DNA of 36,066 nt from Macrostomum lignano (Eukaryota). The translations under genes and the position numbers were made by a program. This document shows positions 1 through 11,619 of the stretch, one piece after another. Where the stretch lies: positions 1 to 36,066 of the forward strand of contig NIVC01003801.1 of the NCBI GenBank assembly GCA_002269645.1. Reading direction: 5' to 3'. The notes under the pieces were generated by a model, which searched no databases, was not told where the DNA came from, and saw only the letters and a program-made list of their open reading frames with translations. Numbering within the stretch: position 1 is the first letter of the stretch; each line of letters opens with the position of its first letter.

Positions 1-530
1 ATTGCTCATTGTGTCGCTCATTGTGTTTGCTCATTGTTGTGTCATTGTGTCGCTCATTGTATTGCTCATTGTGTCGCTCATTGTATTGCTCATTGTGTCG
101 CTCATTGTATTGCTCATTGTGTCGCTCATTGTATTGCTCATTGTGTCGCTCATTGTATTGCTCATTGTGTCGCTCATTGTATTGCTCATTGTATTGCTCA
201 TTGTATTGCTCATTGTGTTGCTCATTGTGTCGCTCATTGTGTTGCTCATTGTGTTGGTCATTGTGTCGCTCATTGTATTGCTCATTGTGTTGCTCATTGT
301 GTCGCTCATTGTGTTGGTCATTGTGTCGCTCATTGTGTTGCTCATTGTATCGCTCATTGTGTTGCTCAATGTACTGCTCATTTGTCGCTCATTGTGTTGC
401 TCATTGTATCGCTCATTGTGTTGCTCAATGTACTGCTCATTGTGTCGCTCATTGTGTTGCTCATTGTGTTGCTCATTGTATTGCTCATTGTGTCGCTGAC
501 TGTGTCGCTGACTGTGTCACTGACTGTCGC
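1..530. repeat. 12-bp minisatellite (GCTCATTGTGTY) in PRORP intron
   Basis: Direct reading; truncated by the window start. Confidence 0.95.
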
Positions 531-561
531 TAATTGCAACACCAATTCAGGTTTTATTTAC

Positions 562-3500
562 CTGAAATTTGCGCAGCTGGGCGTCCCGGCCGGTGCTATA
601 CTTGTACAGCAAGCCAATGTGCAGCGGTTTTGGCGCCCGCTGTCACGAATCATCCAGTGACAGCGTCTGACAGTGCGACACTGACTGCTTCATCGTGTAA
701 TGAAGCTGCGAATAAAAAGGTAGGTTAAGCGAATAAGTTACTTAACTTGACTTAATCTGATAATTGTCTTCAGGCCAATGCTCCTTCGTACATGGTCTTT
801 GTTAGGAACAAATGTGGCTGCACATCATAGTGTGACTCGACCGATTACGGGTCATTGTCTAAGATCTCTGACTAGAAGTCTTTGTCCAATCTAAATCTGA
901 CTAGAAGTCTTTGTCCAATCTAAATCTGACTAGAGGTCTTTGTCCAATCTAAATCTTGTTCGTTTTTTGGGACGAGTAAGAAAATTGATCGAGTCTCAGC
1001 CTTTAGCTTAACTCTGCAGACGCTTGGTCTTTTCAATTATATTTTGGCAACTCTTTAAGCCACCGAATTGAACTGTACAAATGTCCATAGACATCAATAG
1101 GATTCTCAGCCGTTGACGGCTACTAAGCAAAGTGCATTCTCTAATAAATAAAAGTTCATCACAGTGCTAACAAATCTGACTAGAGGTCTTTGTCCAATCT
1201 AAATCTGACTAGAGGTCTTTGTCCAATCTAAATCTGACTAGAGGTCTTTGTCCAATCTAAATCTGACTAGAGGTCTTTGTCCAATCTGAATCTGACTAGA
1301 GGTCTTTGTCCAATCTAAATCTGACTAGAGGTCTTTGTCCAATCTAAATCTGACTAGAGGTCTTTGTCCAATCTAAATCTGACTAGAGGTTCTTGTCCTA
1401 TCTAAATCTGAAAAGAGGTCTTTGTCTTTGTCCAATCTAAATCTAGGGTCTAGATACATACATAGTTTTACCATATTAAGTCCAGCATACTAAACAATAT
1501 AACAAAGACTCACCCATTGTGTATTGACCAGCCGGCCCCTGTGCAGCAGCAGATTGCTGGTGTCAACCACCAGATCGAAGGGCCCGTTAGCAGCCGACGT
1601 CTCAGCCAGCCAGCGCCTGTAGGCGGCCAAGACGGCCGGGGGCGCGGGCTGGCCGGCGCCGCCTGTCAGCACCCTGGAGACCGCGGCCAGGAGGTTGGCA
1701 ACCTCGGCTTCGGTGGGCTCCGGCCGGTAGGCAGCTGGTGGAAAGCGGCAGCCGCAGGCTGGGCAGCTGCGAGCTGATAGGTGTTCGAGAATTGCCTTTT
1801 CGAGCTTATTTATATGTACAGGTCTTTGTACCCAGCCTAAATTATATGCACAGGTCTTTGTATCCAGCCTAAATTATATGTTCAGGTCTTTGTACCCAGC
1901 CTAAATGATATGCACAGGTCTTTGTACCCAGCCTAAATTATATGCACAGGTCTTTGTATCCAGCCTAAATTATATGTACGAGTTAAATTATCGTACAGAT
2001 CTTTGTACACAGCCTATATTATACGTATAGGTCTTTGTTTCCAGTCCATTTTGCCTACGTGTCTTTGTACCCAGCCTATTTTGTCACATGTTGGTCTTTG
2101 TCAAGCTCATAGTTGGTCCTTGTACAGCCTAGTTCAGGTCTTTGTTCAGTCAATTTCAGTTGCTTTCCAACCTTCAAGCAGCCGTTTGGCTCACTCGAAT
2201 TGTCGACGAAGTCGCCTCACTCTCCGACGTCAGGACGTCGCTCAGGCTGACCGGCTGCGCCGTCCAACGTCGACCGTCGGCACCCGGGCTGAGCTTGTTC
2301 AGCAGGTCCACCAGAAGGGGCACCGCCGTGATGTTCACTGGCAGGCCTCGCCTGCTGGCCATGGGCCACAGCAAGCGGGCGTGGAGGTCGCTGGCGCTGC
2401 TCAGTCGCTTGGAGGCGGACAGCCCGTCCAAAAAGTCCTTGGTGAGGATTGGCAGCGCGCTGCGGAACTGAGGGACAGACAGCAGGCAGTTGAACCTTTG
2501 GTTCGGTTTCATACCAATCTCCAATGTCCATCCCGACACTCCGATGTCCATCCCGACACTCCAATGTCCATCCCGACACTCCAATGTCCATCCGACACTC
2601 CAATGTCCATCCCGACATTCCAAGTCTCCAATGACCACCGACACTCCAATGTCCATCCCGACATTCCAAGTCTCCAATGTCCATCCCGACATTCCAAGTC
2701 TCCAATGTCCATCCCGACATTCCAAGTCTCCAATGTCCATCCCGACATTCCAAGTCTCCAATGACACCGACACTCCTATGTATATTCGATACTCCTAATG
2801 TCCATCCCGACACTCCAATGTCTATCCCGACACTCCCAGTGTCCATCCCGACATTCCAATGTCCATCCCGACACTCCAGTGTCCATCCTGAAACTCCAAT
2901 GTCCATCCGACACTCCAGTGTCCATCCTGAAACTCCAATGTCCATCCCGACACTCCAATGTCCATCCTGAAACTCCAATGTCCATCCCGACATTCCAATG
3001 TCCATCCTGAAACTCCAATGTCTATCCCGACACTTCAATGTCCATCCCGACATTCCCAGTGTCCATCCCGACACTCCCAGTGTCCATCCCGACATTCCAA
3101 TGTCCATCCCCACACTCCAATGTCCACCCCGACACTCCAATGTCCATCCTCACACTCCCAGTGTCCATCCTGACACCCCGATGCCCAATGGACATCATCA
3201 AAGCATCCCTGACTGACACCCAGCAGCCCCCTTACAAGCCGATCGTGGCCGCCAAACTCGCTGGTGTCCCAGGCCAGCTCCGCCGCAGAGTACAGCTCCA
3301 ACAGCTCCTGTTCGGTGCCGTAGCGAGCAACCAGCGCAGGATTCTTCAATAGAAAACCGGGCGTTCCGGTCAACTCCGATGCTGCCGGAGCCTCTGCTGG
3401 TTCTAAATCTTTGGCGCTGTCTGCGAGTGGGAAATGCGGGATGTACAGCAGAGCTGTATAACTTGGGCGAGGAGCACCACTGCCCCCCCCCCAGTGAGCA

Positions 3501-5022
3501 CCGCTGCCCCCGCCCCCTCGTTGAGCACCGCTGCCCCCCCTAGTGAGCACCGCTGCCCCCCCAGTGAACACCGCTGCCCCCCCCAGTGAGCACCGCTGCC
3601 GCCCCCCAGTGAACACCGCTGCCCCCCCCCTAGTGAGCACCGCTGCCCCCCCAGTGAACACCGCTGCCCCCCCCCCGTGAGCACCGCCCCCCCCCCTAGT
3701 GAGCACCGATGCCTCCGCCCCCTCGTTGAGCACCGCTGCCCCCCCCCCCCAGTGAGCACCGATGCCTCCCGCCCCTCGTTGAGCACCGTTGCTCCCCTCG
3801 TTGAGCACCGCTGCCCCCCCCCCCTAGTGAGCACCGCTGCCCCCCCCAGTGACACCGCTGCCCCGACAGTGCACCGCCCCCCCCTAGTGAGCACCGCTGC
3901 CCCCCCCCAGTGAACACCGCTGCCCCCCCCCCCTAGTGAGCACCGCTGCCCCCCCCAGTGAACACCGCTGCCCCGACAGTGAGCACCGCCCCCCCCCTAG
4001 TGAGCACCGCTGCCCCCCCCAGTGAACACCGCTGCCCCCCCCCTAGTGAGCACCGCTGCCCCCCCCCTAGTGAGCACCGCTGCCCCCCCAGTGAGCACCG
4101 CTGCCCCCCCCCAGTGAGCACCGCTGCCCCCGTGAGCACCGCCCCCCCCCCTAGTGAGCACCGCTGCCCCCCCAGTGAACACCGCTGCCCCCCCCAGTGA
4201 GCACCGCTGACCCCCCTAGTGAGCACCGCCCCCCCCCCTAGTGAGCACCGCTGCCCCCCCCAGTGAGCACCGCTGCTCCCCCTCCCCTAGCAAGCACCGC
4301 AGCCTCACTGGCTAGCCGTTTCCAGCGCTCATACAGCCGCCTGTGGGGGTGCCTGCTCAGCAGCTTGCAGGCCACGGCCGACATGCTCCTCAGCTGGTCA
4401 GAGGAGGCGCCGCAGTCAAGCAGTCGCTCGAGGGCGCGGTGCACCAAGTCTGGACAGTCGCCAGCGGAACAGGCACTGGCCACGGCCAGCAGCGAGGTCG
4501 GGCAGCTCCGCAGCGGCTCCTCGGCCAGGCCATGACTGGCCAGGCTATGGAACAGCTGGCCAGAGGCAGCGCCCGCCGATGTCAGCAGGCGCAGCAGCAG
4601 CGCCAGCCAGAGATGCCCGCCGCCGCCGCCTCTGCCCAACCGCCAACGCTCGGCTTCTTCTAGTAGGAATTGGCGCAGGCTGGCAAATGCTTTGGCATCA
4701 AGCGAGCAGTCAGCCGCAGCAGACAGAGCTACAGTTAGCTGGATTTGTGGCTGAGCACTGGGAAAATTGGCATAGCGGTTGCGCAGCTCTGCCAGCAGGC
4801 GGTTGGAACAGCTGCCAGTCTTTCTTTCATTGGCTTTGCTGAGGCTCTGCTGGGCCTCCTGAACTGCTGGCGACAGTGGTGGCAGAAACTCAAAGCTGGG
4901 CCGCTGGCCTTGGCCTGACCCTGACTGGCTGAGGCAGCGAATGTGGACTAAGGGCAGTAAGCGACTGGCTGCTGCACTGCTTGCAGCATCTCCTTTGTGA
5001 AGATACTGCGAAGAAGTGTCAT
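562..5022 (-). CDS. PRORP: PRORP/MRPP3-like protein-only RNase P catalytic subunit, spliced, 3' end beyond window start
   Basis: Phase-consistent GT-AG exons: ~5022/5008-4309, 3420-3218, 2467-2195, 1804-1514, 705-562. The translation RWTAQPVSL...SCPACGCRF...LAAYRRWLAETSAANGPFDLVVDTSNLL matches from memory the PRORP central Zn region and NYN start (human QWKGQF...CSGCG...[23 protein letters not shown]). The N-terminal IRCLS resembles a mitochondrial presequence. Lesions: ATGs at 5022 and 4989 are out of frame with the long ORF, and there is an in-frame TGA at 643-645. Confidence 0.8.
866..1445. repeat. 29-bp minisatellite (AATCTGACTAGAGGTCTTTGTCCAATCTA) in two blocks, ~866-955 and ~1172-1445
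   Basis: Direct reading. Confidence 0.9.
1811..2140. repeat. 32-bp minisatellite (CAGGTCTTTGTACCCAGCCTAAATTATATGCA), decaying rightwards
   Basis: Direct reading. Confidence 0.85.
2519..3190. repeat. ~20-bp minisatellite (CCAATGTCCATCCCGACACT)
   Basis: Direct reading; explains the MSIPT/ECRDGHW pseudo-ORFs. Confidence 0.92.
3476..4275. repeat. C-rich ~22-25-bp minisatellite (AGTGAGCACCGCTGCCCCCCC)
   Basis: Direct reading; variable C-tract length. Confidence 0.92.
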
Positions 5023-5489
5023 TGTGATTCAGTTGAATGATTCAGATTTTGCCTGCAATAATTAAGTTTTATAAAATGTTGAAGAGGTTTATATTTGACT
5101 GTTCCTAAATTTAAAGTTGCAATATTTAAAAATCAAAAAAATCAAGAAGCTCTTTTAAGTCTTTTAAGACTATAGAATGCAAGGTCTATTTTTAAGAATT
5201 TCATTTGCAAAATTTATTTTGAAGACACTCTAATAGAGCCAATATTTTAAGTCTTAAAAGTTTTAATCTATAGGGCCTAGCTGCTGTCGATAAAGAATTA
5301 AAGAATTATCAAGACTAAAACCAAAGACCAATGTAAACAAGATTTGTAGCAAAGCAAAAACTTTATTACTCATCCATATAATTTTTGAGCTTTACTTCAT
5401 CCATATACTAAAAATCTTTACTTCTAATACCTCTGAACTCAATAATCACTCTACTGTACTCTTCTGACTAATCAATCAACCAGCTGGTT

Positions 5490-5901
5490 GGTAAAGTGTA
5501 AAAAGTTACCCAGTTACCCAAAAATGTTACCTTCAAATTGCATTCAAGAGCGCAATGAAATTGAAAATAACTTGCTATCGCCTATGCAGCATAAATCATA
5601 GAATAATTATTCATAAAATATAGATGATGAGGCCAATAAATGAGTGTTTAATTGCTGGGTAAGACATTACCCAAAAACTTACCTGCAATTACCCAGGGTT
5701 TACACACGCTTACCCAATGAAAAAAAAAATTCTCTTGTGATTTATTTTACCCATTCTATAAGCTTCTAACTTGCAATTGTAATTTGCACTAGACAAACGA
5801 AATCGAAATACAATATTATTTTCAATTTAATTGCGCTCTTTGAACGCAATTTGAAGGTAACGTTTTCCCCAAAAAAACTGGGTAACTTTTTACACTTTAC
5901 C
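5490..5901. mobile_element. MITE with ~85-bp TIRs and 8-bp TSD (Merlin-like)
   Basis: The termini GGTAAAGTGTAAAAAGTTACCCAG are inverted at both ends. AGCTGGTT is repeated at 5482-5489 and 5902-5909. GG termini with an 8-bp TSD fit Merlin. Confidence 0.75.
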
Positions 5902-6881
5902 AGCTGGTTGGTGGAGAGACTCATTCCTTGAAAATATAAAACTCGAATTTTTTAGCAGAAGCCTCAAAAGTAAATAATGAATTCGTAAAGCACCGTTTTT
6001 TTCTGGTTGTCTTTTTTATTTTTGTTTTGTTTTTTACTAATTCTATAGCTAATCTTCTTGTATTTTTGTTAGTTTAGACCTAAGTAACAGAGTTTAAATT
6101 ATGTTTATTCTATGAATACTTTGGATTGTAAAACCTTCAATCTTTCTCTTTCAGCCTTTTGTTTCGGAATAGAATTAAGAATTCTATTTCATTAAATATT
6201 CATTATTCATTATTCAGTCATCAAAAATTGAATGAAACGGTTAACTAATTCTTGCATGCATTTTCATATTTTGGATGTAAAAGCATTCTACAGCTACATA
6301 ATATCGATAATGTGGATCACACATTCAGCTTAGTTAAGTTAACTGGCTGAATTTTCAAATCGTATTGCTTCTATGATTTCTACAATCTAAAAGCTGAGCC
6401 ATGAATATTTCGAGTAAAAAGGTTGAATTTCAGCAAAATTTATTAAATATAGGTCTGTCAACTTGAAGGCTTAGCATAGTTAAACTTTGATAGTATTGGT
6501 TAACACTGCCATTTTGCTGCTGCTTAATTTTTTGTCATTCTAAATGTCATATTTAGAAAGAATTTTATCTTTAAAGTTTTTTATTGTATTTGCTTATAAG
6601 ACAGGTATGTTCTTCCTATGCTCAGACCTAAGACTAAATAGTTATCTCAATTATTCAACAATTAATTTTTTTATTTGAAACAAAATACTTTATCATACTA
6701 TCCCAAAATTGATTATTTCATTATTATTATTAGCAATCAAATATATGCAGCAAACGATGTAAAATTTTATTTCCAATTTACAGCTGATCATTCTGTTTTA
6801 TAAAAACTTGAAAACTTCTTCCTGGACCCCACTGAAAAAGTTTGCAGCCAGTGGCTCCCCGATGGCGGTGTTATTGGAATT

Positions 6882-9800
6882 ATGAGCAGCGACAGCTCGG
6901 ATGAGAAGTCTGTGACGCCTCCGCCTCTGCCTCCTGCTCCTGATGCCATCGAGATCCTGGATGCGCTCAGCGACCGCGGTCGAATTCACTTCACTGTCCG
7001 CTCCTCGTTGCCAACCTCCGAAGGACCGACGCTCTCGCTGGCCCGCGTGTCCGTCATCCGCTGCCACGAGGACTTCGCCAGGCTGGCGCGGCACCTCTCC
7101 GAAGTCGAGGACTTCGCTGGCTGCCAGGCGCCGGACTTTGCGGCGATTCGCTCCAAGCTGCTCCGCTGAAGGCTTGGCGCGCACCAGCTGACTAGCGGAG
7201 TACGGCCGGCTGAAGCTCGAGCTTGAAGGTGAGCTTGGGACTTGAGCGCGTCAGGGATTAGGGTTAGGGTAGGTTTGGGGTTAGTGCCGTTGCACATTAA
7301 TCTGGAGCTTGTGCGTGAAAATTGGCCCGGGGGGGGTTGTTGTGCGCGTTTCGCAGCCAGCGGAGCCTCATTGCTGTTTGTGGGACGGATGTCGCCGAAT
7401 CCTGCAAATATTATATAATTGTTATTAGGGGTTTGCAGTGTAATTTCGCCGGCCCCATCAATTCGCAGAGAGTACCGACACGCCTTTAAGAAGGCCATCG
7501 CCAGCCACGAAGCATTTCTCCGCTCCATTGCGAGCATCCGCGCCTGCGGCGCGGCGATTCCGGAATTTCCTGATGGACGAGTCGGAAGATCGGATTTGAG
7601 TGGCCGTAGCACTCCTGCTTTTATTGCAAATCCATTGCGCTTTTTGCTGTACCATAGAGAGCCTACTGAAGATTTCTGCTAGTGGTTGCCAATAATGTTG
7701 TACAATATTTTTCTAAAATCTGAATATATGCTGTAATTAATACTGTAAAACTAGCGTAAAACTCAGATAGTGTAATTTTTTAAGGCTAATTTCCTGGCAA
7801 AATACACTGCCGAGAAATGAAAAAATCCAATTTTTTCATTGCATAAGCAATAATTGCATTTGATCTGGGGCAGTGAAGATTACCATTCTTTCAATTTAGC
7901 ATGCACAAAATATTACACAGCATATTACTCTGTCGTACATGCTAAACCAAAGAAATGGTACATGTAACCTTTGCTGCAGATCAACTGAGATCATTGCTTT
8001 TCCCCTCTTCGCAATGTATTTTTTTCCCAGGAAATTGGCCTCGCAAAAAATTCAGCGATGTTTGATTTTTTAAGTCCTGTAACTACAACTCACGGGTGAG
8101 GTCCTGGCTCAGCAGCTGACTGACCAGCTGACGAAACAGTGTTGACTTCAACAAACCGTTCGCTTAAATCCTGACAGTCACACTCGGGCGGCACTAAGCA
8201 GCGAGTTCAGAGCCTGCTGCAACCGGGCCTCCTCCTGACAGCCCTGATTGACAGCCGGTCAGCCGTTGTGCCGCGAATTCTCGGCTCGGTAGCCGGGCCG
8301 GAGCCCGATGCTGATGGCGACGAGTTCTTCAACGCCCAGCGACGGTTTGCGACAGGCTATCAGCGAGCCCTGCTGCCGGCTCTGCGGTGTCTGGACCGGC
8401 TGGCCCTGCTGCAGAAAAGTGCGTCTGCTGCCGCTGTCTATCTGGTTTGGGTTGTGTATTTTTTTGTTGTGGTGTTGGTTGTGGTTGTGTCTTGTTGGTT
8501 TTGGTTGTGTCTTGTTGGTTGTGGCTATGTCTTGTTGGTTGTAGTTCTGTCCTTTGTCGGTTATGGTTATGTCTTGTATGTTGTGGTTGTGTCTTGTTGG
8601 TTGTGGTTGTGTCTTGTTGGTTGTAATTGTGTCTTGGTTGTGGTTGTGTCTTGTTGGTTAGTTGTGTCTTGTTTGTGGTTGTGTATTGTTGGTTGTGGTT
8701 GTCTTGTTGGTTCTGGTTGTGTCTTGTTGGTTGTAGTTCTGTCTTTTGTCGGTTGTGGTTATGTCTTGTTGGTTGTGGTTGTGTCTTGTTGGTTGTGGTT
8801 GTGTCTTGTTGGTTGTAGTTGTGTCTTGTTGGTTGTGGTTTTGTCTTGGTGGTTGTAGTTGTGTCTTGTTGGTTGTGGTTTTGTCTTGGTGGTTGTAGTT
8901 GTGTCTTTTGTTGGTTGTGGTTGTGTCTTTTGTTGGTTGTGGTTGTGTCTTTAGTGGTTGGGATTGTATCTTTTGTTGTTGATTATGTGTTTAGTGATTA
9001 GGGTTGTGCCTTGGTCTTGATCTATATTTGTGTCTCAGTTAGTTTTAGATTAACAGTTCAATAAAGTGCCAGCTGCTGTATAAACCGAATGAGCCATAGC
9101 TGCTCTTCAAGACTATCTTTGATGTGATTTCCAGCGTCCCTCCTGCTCTCCGCAGACACGGCAGACAGTTTAATTCGGGTGTCCACGGCTGCTCAGGACT
9201 GCTCGAGAATTGAGCAGGTCAACGCGGATCGAGCATTGGCAGAGTGAGCTGACAGTTGTCTGAATTCATTGCTTTGATTTTAGCGTTTTTGCAGTGTTAT
9301 ACTACTGAGAGTAGGCTGTAAATTGGATTGTCAATTTTTATGCCTGTGATTAGCGCCGATGGGGAGGCGCAGGATGGCGCCAATGGGGTGGCGCAGGATG
9401 GCGCCAATGTGGAGTCGCAGGATGGCGCCAATGGGGAGTCGCAGGATGGCGCCAATGGAGAGGCGCAGGATGGCGCCAATGAGGAGGCGCAGGATGGCGC
9501 CAATGGGGAGTCGCAGGATGGCGCCAATGAGGAGGCGCAGGGTGGCGCCAATGGAGAGGCGCAGGGTGGCGCCAATGGAGAGGCGCAGGATGGCGCCAAT
9601 GAGGAGGCGCAGGATGGCGCCAATGAGGAGGCGCAGGATGGCGCCAATGGGGAGTCGCAGGATGGCGCCAATGAGGAGGCGCAGGGTGGCGCCAATGGAG
9701 AGGCGCAGGATGGCGCCAATGGGGAGTCGCAGGATGGCGCCAATGAGGAGGCGCAGGGTGGCGCCAATGTGGAGGCGCAGGGTGGCGCCAATGAGGAGGC

Positions 9801-10970
9801 GCAGGGTGGCGCCAATGGGGAGGCGCAGGGTGGCGCCAATGAGGAGGCGCAGGGTGGCGCCAATGAGGAGGCGCAGGATGGCGCCAATGAGGAGGCGCAG
9901 GGTGGCGCCAATGGGGAGGCGCAGGGTGGCGCCAATGAGGAGGCGCAGGGTGGCGCCAATGAGGAGGCGCAGGATGGCGCCAATGAGGAGGCGCAGGGTG
10001 GCGCCAATGGGGAGGCGCAGGATGGCGCCAATGAGGAGGCGCAGGGTGGCGCCAATGGGGAGGCGCAGGGTGGCGCCAATGGGGAGGCGCAGGGTGGCGC
10101 CAATGGGGAGGCGCAGGGTGGCGCCAATGTGGAGGCGCAGGGTGGCGCCAATGGAGAGGCGCAGGATGGCGCCAATGGAGAGGCGCAGGATGGCGCCAAT
10201 GGGGAGGCGCAGGATTATTTCCAAATAAGCCGCCGAATCCCCCCGATGTGCCCCAGCAGGTTTCTGCGTCACTTCGGCGACCACTTCGAGCTCTACCGTC
10301 GAGCTGAGGCGCAGCTGGCCGCCGAGATGGATGCCGGCCTCGCCGACAGCCTGCACCGCCTCGCCGCCGACTGCTCCGCCGTTGTCGCCCTGCTGGACCG
10401 TCGGCGGCGACTGGCTGCCAGTTTAGAGGCCGCCAGCGCCCGCCTGCGCCGCGCCCGGCAACCCTCGGAGGAGGCCGACGCCGCCAAAGCCCGGCTGGCC
10501 GCCTTCCACCGCCTCAACGAAGTCACCGACGTCGCCAGGCTGGAGCTGCTGGGCTTCCGGAAGCGCTGGCTGCTGGCGCTGTGCGGCCGTCTGGTGGATA
10601 CGGGCGAGATGCGCATCCGCCACGCCAGGGTGAGGCCTCCCAGATCCTCAGTTGCTGGGCCAGCCTCCCAGATCCTCAGTTGCTGGGCCAGCCTCCCAGA
10701 TCCTCAGTTGCTGGGCCAGCCTCCCAGATCCTCAGTTGCTGGGCAAGCCTCCCAGATCCTCAGTTGCTGGGCCAGCCTCCCAGATCCCCAACTGAGATCC
10801 TCAGTTGCTGAGCCAGCCTCCCAGATCCTGTTCACCCGGGGAGAAAGTTGCCGGTGGCTATCGAGGCTAGACTGTAAGGTTGAGAGTCTGAGTCAAGATG
10901 AATTATTGTGCACTTTCAGAGCCAAGTGCAACTTCTAGAGGAAACAATCGACAAGCTGAGGAATGACTGA
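6882..10970 (+). CDS. SNX6: SNX5/SNX6/SNX32-type PX-BAR sorting nexin (frame-disrupted in exons 1-2)
   Basis: Exons 6882-7228, ~7469-~7600, 8178-8418, 9135-9243, 10260-10629, 10920-10970 (TGA). Motifs DALSDRGRIHFTV, VIRCHEDF, PDFAAIRSKL, EYRHAFKKAIASHEAFL, HPRLRR, DEFF, ARLELLGFRKR, RHARSQVQLL correspond to SNX6 DALSERDKVKFTV, VVRQHEEF, PDFDASREKL, EYLAIFKKTVAMHEVFL, HPILRR, DDFF, KQELIDFKTRR, KHAKGNLQLL. The SNX5/6/32 paralogues cannot be distinguished. A likely 5' UTR intron lies at 6605-6783. Confidence 0.85.
7770..8070. mobile_element. Degenerate foldback/MITE in SNX intron 2
   Basis: Imperfect inverted arms (AGGCTAATTTCCTGG... vs ...CCAGGAAATTGGCCT; TTTAGCATG vs CATGCTAAA) centred near 7920. 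No TSD found. Confidence 0.4.
8466..8960. repeat. GT-rich degenerate ~20-bp repeat (GTTGTGTCTTGTTGGTTGTG)
   Basis: Direct reading; SNX intron 3. Confidence 0.88.
9358..10214. repeat. 24-bp minisatellite (GAGGAGGCGCAGGATGGCGCCAAT), ~36 copies
   Basis: Direct reading; SNX intron 4. Encodes (EEAQDGAN)n in the SNX reading frame. Confidence 0.95.
10637..10830. repeat. 28-bp minisatellite (CCTCCCAGATCCTCAGTTGCTGGGCCAG)
   Basis: Direct reading; SNX last intron. Confidence 0.9.
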
Positions 10971-11619
10971 CGCTCTGGGCATCCGGGATCCACTTGTCAG
11001 ACTGGATGCTTGTCCAGGGCTTGCTAACTATCAGTTTTTTGTATCGGTGTTTTGCGACCCATCTTTGTGTTGCCTTCCGCTATAAAGTCTATATATAAGT
11101 GTTGTCACATCAAAGTGTCTTCAAGCGTCACGTGTCATGACGTCAGCTTAATTCCATTGTGTAAGTTGGGCTACCCGTTCAATGATATTTCCTTCACTTT
11201 ATTACGAGTCAATCAACTTAAAGCTTCTGCAATATTATGTTTTATTATTGCATTTCTTCGCGGAACATGCCTGCCCTCTATTCCCCGAAATTTTACTATA
11301 AAACATCATAGTGCAAAAAAATTGTTTTAATTTACATGGTTGTATGCTTTTAGATTAAGATTTTTGTTTTCAGCATTTTAAATTCTCATTCTAAATGTTG
11401 TCTGTCTGCTCGAGCTGATTGAAAGGACCAACGGTTTGTTTACAGTTACAATACAAAGCAAGGTTTTCTGTTTTACTTGGTGTTTCTATCTAGTCAAATA
11501 TTATATATTTATGTATTGTTTTTGTGAACTCTTTTGCAGCTCCTTTTTCTGTGATTTTAAATACTCTGCGATTAGCAGCATTTTTGTAGCAACTTGAAAC
11601 GGGCAAGAGTCGTGCGGTT

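Noticed and set aside
643-645. Selenocysteine reading of the in-frame TGAs (PRORP 643-645; SNX 7167-7169)
   Set aside because: The positions are not conserved Cys sites, these families are not selenoproteins, no SECIS was identified, and nearby frameshifts point to sequence damage.
2-660. Long Cys/Leu/His-rich ORFs at the left edge
   Set aside because: They are translations of a 12-bp tandem repeat inside a PRORP intron.
7258-7269. TTAGGGTTAGGG telomere-like repeat
   Set aside because: Only two units in a G/T-rich intron start; not distinguishable from chance.
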